A DNA stretch of 64,000 bases from Promethearchaeota archaeon (lineage in GTDB: Archaea > Asgardarchaeota > Lokiarchaeia > Sigyniarchaeales > SOKP01), in contig JBHLLT010000001.1 of the NCBI GenBank assembly GCA_048938855.1, forward strand, positions 448,124-512,123, read 5' to 3'. The notes below the pieces were generated by a model. The model did no database searches, was not told the DNA's origin, and saw nothing but the letters and a program-made list of their open reading frames with translations. Below are positions 1 to 7,865 of this stretch, in pieces. The position numbers and the translations under genes are program-made. Within the stretch, counting starts at the first letter, position 1; the number at the start of each line of letters is the position of its first letter.

Positions 1-953
1 CTTAGAACAGACCCAAGTGCTTCTGATTCTTCTTCTAAAACAAATTCAGTATCATATTCAGAAGCAGAAACTTCAGATTCAAAATCTGGAGGTCCTAATT
101 CTTCAAAGGAGGGTAATTCATCGAGTGGAGGTAGTTGTTTAGTAGGTACAGGTTCTTCTATAACAGGAGCTCTTTCTTCAGAGATAGATTCACCTTCAAT
201 TTCCATTGGAGTATAATCTTCTAAGGGAATCGGAGGAACTTCATCTTCATATACTTTAAATTTGCTTTCTGCGGACACACTTTCCACCACAGGAGGTTGA
301 GTTTCAGTGACTGCTTTCACTTCTTTATCAAGTCCTAAACCTACTGATTTTGGAATAGAAACAATACCACTTTCAGTAGTTGGTTCTAGTTCTTCAAACT
401 CGTCGTCACCTCTTTCCCATTCATCTAAAAAACCAAGTAAGTCATCTAAAGCTTCTTTATCTTGTTTTACTGAGGGTTTTATTATAGGTTTAGCTTCTTC
501 TTCGAATTTTTGCTTCTCTATTTTTTCTAACTCAGATACTTCGAGGGAAAGCATCATTTCAGTAACTTGATCACCTGAAATTAACCTATTTAATTTTCTT
601 GCTAATTCTCTTAAATAACCTAAATAGTATCCAATTCGATAAATTTGAGAAAGCCCTCCAAATACAATATATTCGTCATTAATCGCCATTAAAATACTAT
701 ATCCTGATGTGTTATGCAAAATTATTTCAGTCAATGCACCATGAACAGTAGCTTGATTTAATCTTAATCCTAAATCAATTAATGCAGTACTAGATGCAGA
801 AGTGGCATCAGCATCTAATTCTGAAGAAGTTGAACTAGCTACTTTCATTCCTACTCGAGATAAAACTGCTAGGTTCTCTAAATCTGTTTTATGTTCCTCC
901 TCTTTTAAAAGAAACATCATATTTTTACGAATATCTTCAGCAATTGTAGACAA
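1..953 (-). CDS. Roadblock/LC7 (MglB/LAMTOR-like) domain protein with long acidic, Pro-rich tail; 3' end runs off the window
   Basis: Not in the ORF track. Manual translation from TTG at 953 (AAGGTGGG RBS upstream) gives MSTIAEDIRKNMMFLLKEEEHKTDLENLAVLSRVGMKVASS...DADATSASSTALIDLGLRL...GALTEIILHNTSGYSILMAINDEYIVFGG...IGYYLGYLRELARKL, a roadblock pattern, followed by an E/P-rich tail. The frame is open to the window edge. Confidence 0.85.
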   Translation of the reverse strand, partial: MSTIAEDIRKNMMFLLKEEEHKTDLENLAVLSRVGMKVASSTSSELDADATSASSTALIDLGLRLNQATVHGALTEIILHNTSGYSILMAINDEYIVFGGLSQIYRIGYYLGYLRELARKLNRLISGDQVTEMMLSLEVSELEKIEKQKFEEEAKPIIKPSVKQDKEALDDLLGFLDEWERGDDEFEELEPTTESGIVSIPKSVGLGLDKEVKAVTETQPPVVESVSAESKFKVYEDEVPPIPLEDYTPMEIEGESISEERAPVIEEPVPTKQLPPLDELPSFEELGPPDFESEVSASEYDTEFVLEEESEALGSVL

Positions 954-1032
954 TTATTTTCCCACCTTATTAGAATAAAGATTGAATACTTTTTTTTAGG
1001 CTTTAAATTTATGTATAAATAGAAAGTCTATT

Positions 1033-1770
1033 TTAATATATTTTATCATCACTCTCTTTTAAAAAATTTAACAAATTCATCTGAGTTGAACCTGATTTTT
1101 CAATTTTATCAAAAGAATATCCTGATAATTGACTTATAAGTGTCTTCATTTTAAGGATTACATCTTCCGGAGTCAAATTTTCTGTGTCGATTGTAAAAAC
1201 TGATTCATTATTTGCTAAAAATTGCTTGTAAAATGAAATGATTCTTAATAGATATTCTCTATCATCCTCGTTCCATTCCTTTCTTATTTTTTCTAAGGAA
1301 CCTCTTTGGATAATCCTTTTCATAATTGTATTTGGTTCAGCGCTTAAATAGAATATGTAATTTTCTTTCCATTCTATTGATTTGTACGTGTCTAAAATAA
1401 GATTATAGTCCTTTTCTTTTAAATTCAAACTCTTAGAATAAATTAAAACACATAATGGAGTTCGATCTAAAATTATAATTCTACCATTATATTTATTATC
1501 GAAATTTACTACATTCTGATTGCGTCTAATAAGTTGTTGAAGAAAATGAAGTTCACTTCTAAATCCAATTTGTTTGTCAGATGAACCAAATGGGAAAGGA
1601 GGTTTTTTTACATATCTTTCAGGGAAAAATTTGAATTTGTTATTATCTTTCACCTTTTTATCTTTTTTAAATAGGTTGAATACAGTTGTTTTGCCAACCC
1701 CATGTACTCCAGCAATTGAGATTATGATATTATCCTTACTCCCTTTATTTCTATATAATTGTTTGCCCAA
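1033..1770 (-). CDS. Deoxynucleoside/dNMP kinase family (thymidylate kinase-like) P-loop protein
   Basis: Walker A GVHGVGKT, ILDRT motif, lid RIIQRG. Confidence 0.75.
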   Translation of the reverse strand: MGKQLYRNKGSKDNIIISIAGVHGVGKTTVFNLFKKDKKVKDNNKFKFFPERYVKKPPFPFGSSDKQIGFRSELHFLQQLIRRNQNVVNFDNKYNGRIIILDRTPLCVLIYSKSLNLKEKDYNLILDTYKSIEWKENYIFYLSAEPNTIMKRIIQRGSLEKIRKEWNEDDREYLLRIISFYKQFLANNESVFTIDTENLTPEDVILKMKTLISQLSGYSFDKIEKSGSTQMNLLNFLKESDDKIY

Positions 1771-1902
1771 ATTACTTACTCCAAACCTATTAGACTAAAT
1801 CATGTTAATAAAACTATGGTTAAAATAAAAAATAAATCTAGAGATTATTGATTTATTATATTTTATTAAATTTTATATTTAGGGGGTAATGATAAGGTTA
1901 AA

Positions 1903-2955
1903 TTAGAGAAGGATAAGAATAATCGAAATTATATTATTCAAGAGCCCAGCTATAATCGTATTATATAGATTTTGATTTATTTCATAAATAAATCCAAGCA
2001 AGATGTATGATAGGAAATAAAATAAAAAGAAGTAGATTCCAATTGGAAGTGTGAAAAACAACATAAGAAGTGAATAAACTGAAGCAACTATCAGAATTAC
2101 AATATAATTATTTTTAAATCTTTGTTTTAATGTATTGTGTAAAACCCCCCGAAAAGCAATTTCTGAAAAGGTTGTAACTCCACATAAAGATAATATTAGA
2201 AGTATATTCCAAAGTAATCCGGAATCTCTTATTACTTGATTATATGCTTCAATCCTAGGTGTAATATTAAAAACGTCTAAACCTAAATCTGATATGAAGC
2301 CAAAAAACTGATCAGAAAAGAAATTGAGTAATAATAACATCAGAGCTCCTAAAATACCGATTATTAATGCTAAAGGAATCTTTTTCGATTCAGAACGAAA
2401 TCCTAATTTGGTAAAACTATGCTTTTTGTTATAAATATACCATAGTGGATATATGCCAAATAACAATTCAGGAAGATAACTCAGTAATATTAGTTCAATA
2501 GTAGGAGTAGCTGATTCTGGTTGGAATAAAAATGTTGCTAATAAAAAATATACAATTATTAATATGTAAATACATGTACCAAAAACATTTAATCCCTCTT
2601 TTAAGTTCCAAGTATCCTTCCTTAGAATGAACTTCTGTTCAGGTTCAAGTTTTTTATTAGTAAAAATCAATCCAGGTTTTTTTTGAACAATACCCTTTCT
2701 AATTTCAGAAATTTTCTCTAATTTAGCATTACATATTGGACATTGATCCAAGACTGTTGATGTTATTATAGACTTACAATTTGGACAAGTTCTTGAAACT
2801 CCTTTTTCTGAAATAGGGTGAGGTTCTGGAATATTCTTCCCAGGTGCAATCTTAATAATTAGTTTACCGCAATTCGGACAATATGTCTTACTTTCTGTTA
2901 CATCTGCCCCACAGAAAACACAATACTTAATTTTTTTCTGGTTTCCTTTTGACAT
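1903..2955 (-). CDS. Double zinc ribbon fused to CPBP (CAAX protease/Abi) membrane domain, catalytic motifs degenerate
   Basis: Four CxxC pairs at the N-terminus, about 8 TM segments, SEIAFRG in place of EExxFRG. Confidence 0.75.
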   Translation of the reverse strand: MSKGNQKKIKYCVFCGADVTESKTYCPNCGKLIIKIAPGKNIPEPHPISEKGVSRTCPNCKSIITSTVLDQCPICNAKLEKISEIRKGIVQKKPGLIFTNKKLEPEQKFILRKDTWNLKEGLNVFGTCIYILIIVYFLLATFLFQPESATPTIELILLSYLPELLFGIYPLWYIYNKKHSFTKLGFRSESKKIPLALIIGILGALMLLLLNFFSDQFFGFISDLGLDVFNITPRIEAYNQVIRDSGLLWNILLILSLCGVTTFSEIAFRGVLHNTLKQRFKNNYIVILIVASVYSLLMLFFTLPIGIYFFLFYFLSYILLGFIYEINQNLYNTIIAGLLNNIISIILILL

Positions 2956-3079
2956 TGCTCTTATTCTACTCTAAATCTAGATTATAATGTTATTTTGTAA
3001 ATTATATAAACTAGAAATTATATAATTTTTGTTTACATTTTATTCATTTAATCGGATATTACATTCAATTGATTTTATC

Positions 3080-3466
3080 ATGCTTAAAAAATTTTTCAAA
3101 AGAAGAATTAATGAGATACATCAAAAATATAAGGATAAAAAACTTCTGCTTGTAGATGATATCTCTAACTTTTTTGGATTAGAATCATCAGGAGTTTTGA
3201 AGGTTCGGGGGAATGGGGTTTTATTACTTACAGAAGAAGAATTATTTTTTGGAATGTGGAAACCTAAAATAGACTTAGTAATTTCTATTAAATCTATTAT
3301 TGAGGTTTTAAATCCAAAATCCCATATGCATAGATCGATGTTTCAACCTTTATTGAAGGTAGTTTTTACTAATGATAATGGTGTAGTCGATTCAGCTGCT
3401 TGGTATGTACGAAAATTAGATGATTGGAATAAAGCCTTTAATAAATTAATTCTGAAAGATAGATAA
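3080..3466 (+). CDS. Small GRAM/PH-like fold protein
   Basis: GNGVLLLTEEELFF followed by ISIKSIIEV beta pattern and a C-terminal helix with Trp (LDDWNKAF); ATG at 3080 preferred over TTG at 3029. Confidence 0.55.
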   Translation: MLKKFFKRRINEIHQKYKDKKLLLVDDISNFFGLESSGVLKVRGNGVLLLTEEELFFGMWKPKIDLVISIKSIIEVLNPKSHMHRSMFQPLLKVVFTNDNGVVDSAAWYVRKLDDWNKAFNKLILKDR

Positions 3467-3469
3467 CAA

Positions 3470-4717
3470 TTAATTATCATTTTGCTGCTTTGCATTCTTT
3501 TTTGCAATATTTGCTACTTCCATTAGTAAAAGTCCATGATAATAAGAAATAGAATCAAAAAACCCTTCTCCTAAATCTGATTTACCTGCATGAATTAATG
3601 CCATTTGAGCGTTTAAAGCTGCTCTCATTAAAATTTCAACTCCTTTGTAAATTAAATTTGGAGACCAAGTTTTATTGTATGGATTGGACCACCAGGTGGG
3701 ACAAGAGTAAATTCCACGATTGTAATAATATCTAGCAGTGTTGTAGTAGTTTTCAATTTCCCAATCTTTTGTAAGGTCTATCGTATCTGCTATACTCATA
3801 AGATTATTCAAACTTCTCATCAGTTTCCAATAAAATTTATGAACACTGTTATCAGGGTGATCCCAGAGGGGGTATGGAATTCCTGCTTTTAAATCTTCAT
3901 AAGTTGTACTCCAACTTGATTCTCGTGGAATAATTTTTTTCTTAGCTAAGGGAAAATGGAGATCCAAGTCGGATATAAAAATTGTCTTTAGATTTTTATG
4001 TTGGCCTATTAATTCTAGAACTGTACCTAAGAAAGTTCTATGATAATTTTTTATATGGTGCCCAAAAGTTTCTCCATCTAAGGCAGTTAAAATATAAGTT
4101 GAGTTATCTTTTTCTTTGTTTTTATGAACTGATTTAATATCACTTACAAATTTTTTTGGAGAAATATCCTTAAAAGCTATTTTATTGCTTAATATGTCAT
4201 CCCTAAAGAATAATTGAAGTCCATTTGGAGAGGTGAAGATTTTATCGTATGGCCATTCTACAGGACATGCAATTCCGCTCATTATAACCCATTTATAGCC
4301 TAGCTGACGAAGAAATTTCGCAATACTTCCTGAAATTGCCAATTCTGGTGGAAAGAAACCTTTTCTTTCCCATTGTCCGAATTCTTTCGTATTTATTTCT
4401 TCATTCATTTGAATTTGATGTAAAGCTTCTTTTTCAGGGATTAAAGGGAGGATTGGATGGAACTTTGCCGTTCCAACTATTTCAATTTTGTTTTCAGATA
4501 CTAAATTTTTCAGTAAATCCATTGTGTCAGACAAACCAAATTCATAAAATAACTCAATAAGGATCCCATTAATATTAAGAGAAAATTTTGCATTATCAAA
4601 TTCTTCTAGCAATGAAAACAGTGGCTTGTAACATTCTTTGTCTATAGTTCTTAGAACTTTAGGATCCTGTGTTGGGGGTTGATAAATGTGAAGTAAAGGT
4701 GCCCAATAAGTTATCAA
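3470..4717 (-). CDS. Glycoside hydrolase family 57 (amylase/amylopullulanase-like)
   Basis: HIYQP, HPILPL, GFFPPELA (nucleophile Glu), ALDGETFGHH (acid/base Asp). Confidence 0.9.
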   Translation of the reverse strand: MITYWAPLLHIYQPPTQDPKVLRTIDKECYKPLFSLLEEFDNAKFSLNINGILIELFYEFGLSDTMDLLKNLVSENKIEIVGTAKFHPILPLIPEKEALHQIQMNEEINTKEFGQWERKGFFPPELAISGSIAKFLRQLGYKWVIMSGIACPVEWPYDKIFTSPNGLQLFFRDDILSNKIAFKDISPKKFVSDIKSVHKNKEKDNSTYILTALDGETFGHHIKNYHRTFLGTVLELIGQHKNLKTIFISDLDLHFPLAKKKIIPRESSWSTTYEDLKAGIPYPLWDHPDNSVHKFYWKLMRSLNNLMSIADTIDLTKDWEIENYYNTARYYYNRGIYSCPTWWSNPYNKTWSPNLIYKGVEILMRAALNAQMALIHAGKSDLGEGFFDSISYYHGLLLMEVANIAKKNAKQQNDN

Positions 4718-4788
4718 TTAAATTCCATCCATTTTTTTCATTTTTTACTTTAAATTTTAAAATAAATAATATTCCCATAATTTAAATT

Positions 4789-5904
4789 CTACTTTTCTAT
4801 TATGGTTTCTTTTATAAAGGTACCAAAATGTGTTGCTCCAGATCCAAGGTGGACAAGAATATTATCTCCAATTTTTATATCAACAACAGTTCTAGCTTTA
4901 CCATCAACTCCAATTAGTCGAACTGTTTCGGCATTTTGGCATATGCAACTTAATTGAATTTTTTTATCTTGGTCTATAGCTTCCAGTTCAAATCTAAGCA
5001 TTGGACGTGTTTCTACTTTTATTCTTCCTATAAATACAATTCTAGCATCTCCTTCAGAATTTACTGCTAAAATCTTATCTCCTCCTTTTAATTCACTCAG
5101 ATACTTTGTTCGATAAGTTTTATTTGGATCATCATCAGGTACTAAGATATAAGCTGAAACATCACCAGCATTAACACGAAATGGTCTGGGAGAAATAAAT
5201 TGATTTTTAAGTGTCTCAGAATGAATCAAACAAAACCCTTTTGCCGTTGAACCAACTAGTAATCCCTCTCCTTCATTTAGAAGTGATGTAGTGTCCACAC
5301 ACACTCTTTCACTTTCAGTTATAGTTTGAATTTTCTTAACTGTTGCATTAGTTAATTCTAAATGATATTTTAAGTTTAGGAGATTTTTCAATTCAATAAT
5401 TTCAGCGATACTTTTTGGTTTGATCATGATTCCATCAACACCAATTTCAAGTGTCTTTAGCATAGTCTCTGCTTCTTTTATGGTTTTAACTGAAGCTATT
5501 AGTTCAGTATCGTATGTATGTAATTCAGCTATAAGATTTTCGATAGGAATTATTTTCCAGTTACTTGTGGAGACAATAATAAGATCCACATTTCTACTTC
5601 TTGCTATTTCAATAATTTCTTTTTCGTCTTCTTTAGTTTTTAATTCAAAGAGAACTCCGAGACTTTTATTCTCTTGCTTTTGAAGAATTAAATTGTCCAT
5701 TAATTTTTCTTTATATTCATATATTAAGTATTTAGTAGGAATAAGAGTATTTTTGGAATATAGATTAAACCTCTTAAATTTCTCAAATTCTTTAAAAGTC
5801 TCCTGAGATACAAAAAAATTAAAAAAATTTCTATTTATAGCTTCTTGGACTAGATCCTTAAAAATTTCATTTTTGGATTCAAAATCTAGAATGACTTTTT
5901 TCAT
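4789..5904 (-). CDS. 3-dehydroquinate synthase II (archaeal type)
   Basis: WKIIPIENLIA, LEIGVDG, RVCVDT, GEGLLVGS, RPFRVNAG, QNAETVRL, HFG...ETIIEK. Confidence 0.92.
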   Translation of the reverse strand: MKKVILDFESKNEIFKDLVQEAINRNFFNFFVSQETFKEFEKFKRFNLYSKNTLIPTKYLIYEYKEKLMDNLILQKQENKSLGVLFELKTKEDEKEIIEIARSRNVDLIIVSTSNWKIIPIENLIAELHTYDTELIASVKTIKEAETMLKTLEIGVDGIMIKPKSIAEIIELKNLLNLKYHLELTNATVKKIQTITESERVCVDTTSLLNEGEGLLVGSTAKGFCLIHSETLKNQFISPRPFRVNAGDVSAYILVPDDDPNKTYRTKYLSELKGGDKILAVNSEGDARIVFIGRIKVETRPMLRFELEAIDQDKKIQLSCICQNAETVRLIGVDGKARTVVDIKIGDNILVHLGSGATHFGTFIKETIIEK

Positions 5905-6056
5905 AGTGCTTAAATATTGGTCTATACTAAACTTTTTTGATGAGAATTATTTTATAATATTATACTAAATAATATTAAATTTTTAAGTCTAAAAAATTAT
6001 TTAACATATATAATCAGATAATATAAAATTAAAGTTCTAAATGGTGTATTGATAAA

Positions 6057-6707
6057 ATGGGGTTAAAAAAGAAACTATTTCCACGTAAAAGTAAAGAAAA
6101 AGACGACTTAGTAGCAAAAGCTAAAGGTCATATTCATAGATTGAATATGATGAACAAGAATTATAATAAAAGAGCAGAAATAAGCAGAAAAAACGCAAAG
6201 ATTGCTTTAAAGCGGGGTGAAAAGGATCGTGCAAAAACTTATTTAGTACAATATAAGGCATATCAAATGAAAGTTGACCGTAGTAACAATATCCGATTAA
6301 AGATTGAGAGACAGATTCAAGCAATTGAAGAAGGAATGCTTATATCACAAACAGGTGATGTAATGGGGGGGATTAGAGATGAATTAGAATATATAGCAAC
6401 AAAAGCATCCCCTACAAAAGTTGCTGAGATAGCTGAAGATTCTGAAGCATATGTTGCAGAAATCGAAGAAGCAGCCGACATTTTAGGTGGTGATCCAGAA
6501 ATTGATCTTGCAATTGATGTTACTGATGAATTAAACCAACTTGAAACGGAAATGCTCCTAGAACAAGGGGGAACTATGCCTGAAATTCCTGCTGATGATC
6601 TACAATATATACCTGAATATGATCTTGAAGAAGAGGAAGCTGAACTCAAATCGAAAGATCAACTAAAAGACGAGATCGATAAACTTAGAAAAGAATTGGA
6701 AGGATAA
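6057..6707 (+). CDS. Snf7 family ESCRT-III protein (Vps20/Vps32-like)
   Basis: Basic N-terminal helical hairpin (AKIALKRGEKDRAKTYL), acidic C-terminal half, DELNQLE, MPEIP (MIM2-like), terminal amphipathic helix. Confidence 0.85.
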   Translation: MGLKKKLFPRKSKEKDDLVAKAKGHIHRLNMMNKNYNKRAEISRKNAKIALKRGEKDRAKTYLVQYKAYQMKVDRSNNIRLKIERQIQAIEEGMLISQTGDVMGGIRDELEYIATKASPTKVAEIAEDSEAYVAEIEEAADILGGDPEIDLAIDVTDELNQLETEMLLEQGGTMPEIPADDLQYIPEYDLEEEEAELKSKDQLKDEIDKLRKELEG

Positions 6708-6767
6708 CTCATTTTAACGTAAATTTCTTTTACTTTTTGGAATTAATCCTAATCATTTTAATAATGA

Positions 6768-7787
6768 CTACTTTAATTCTTTCAAAGCAAGAACCATATT
6801 TTTTACTTTATTGATTGCAATTTCATATCCATCTTTTTCTCCAAAAACTTTTAAAGGAAGGAAACCACAATCTGGTTTAATAATTAGATTCTCTCTTCCA
6901 TACAAATCGATGCCCTTTTTGATGAATTTTTTGATAGAATCAATTTTTTCTACATAATCTTCAATTTTCTTATTCAATATTGGTGTAAATTTAGATTCAA
7001 CAGTTCCCATTGCTAATAATTTATCTGTTCCTTGGAAATGTTTTTTCTCATATATCTTAAAATTTTCCTGATTTGTGGTAAATTCATGATCTAAAATATT
7101 TACATTTGTTTTTAAGAGAAGGTCTCGTAGATAAGGACTAATTCTTCCACAAACATGTATTGAGGATAATCCTTTTATTCCAGATATAGCTTTATTAATA
7201 GTTTTAATGATAAAATCCTCTGTATGAAATAAAATCCTCTTCCCTATTAATAATCCTAGTACAGGTTCATCACATGAAATAATGTCTATATTCATTTCAC
7301 TATAAGCAGTTGCTATTTGCTTAATTACTTGAGCAAACGTATCAACAATCCAATCTACCATTACTGCTCTTGGTTCTTCGAAAATTATTGGTTTTAAACC
7401 TTTAGCAATATCATTTTTTAGTATTGTTTCGAATGCTAAGGTGAAGGGTCCGGTTATGCAAGCTTTTGTACCTTGTATAGAACTCTTTAGTTCTGGACGT
7501 TCAGTAAAATAATTGGTAATAAATTTTCCATATTCAAGGGCAATAGGTTCCTTAGGTTTATTAAATTCACCTGATAGATAAAATTTATCATCAATTTCTT
7601 CTAATTGAGGGACAATCTTTGATAATGGAGACAAAAATTGATAGGTCATGGATAAAAGTTGAGGGTAACAAGGGTAATCAATGCCAATTTGAATTAAATC
7701 ATCAAAAACCTTTAGCATATTGTTTAAAGTATTTTCTAAAGGCCAGCTTCCAACTAAAGTTGTAAATAATCCTTCCTTCTTATCCAT
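6768..7787 (-). CDS. Core (single-barrel) methionine synthase, MetE C-terminal/MesA-like
   Basis: TTLVGSWP, ITGPFTLA, DEP, Zn ligands IHVCG and PDCG. Confidence 0.8.
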   Translation of the reverse strand: MDKKEGLFTTLVGSWPLENTLNNMLKVFDDLIQIGIDYPCYPQLLSMTYQFLSPLSKIVPQLEEIDDKFYLSGEFNKPKEPIALEYGKFITNYFTERPELKSSIQGTKACITGPFTLAFETILKNDIAKGLKPIIFEEPRAVMVDWIVDTFAQVIKQIATAYSEMNIDIISCDEPVLGLLIGKRILFHTEDFIIKTINKAISGIKGLSSIHVCGRISPYLRDLLLKTNVNILDHEFTTNQENFKIYEKKHFQGTDKLLAMGTVESKFTPILNKKIEDYVEKIDSIKKFIKKGIDLYGRENLIIKPDCGFLPLKVFGEKDGYEIAINKVKNMVLALKELK

Positions 7788-7865
7788 ATGATATATTATT
7801 ATGACAAAAATATAAATTTAGAATAAAAAATAATGTAAATTTTGCATAAAGCTTGAAACAAAATT

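Noticed and set aside
307-570. Ser-rich 87 aa ORF on the + strand
   Set aside because: Antisense shadow of the Glu-rich roadblock gene on the - strand
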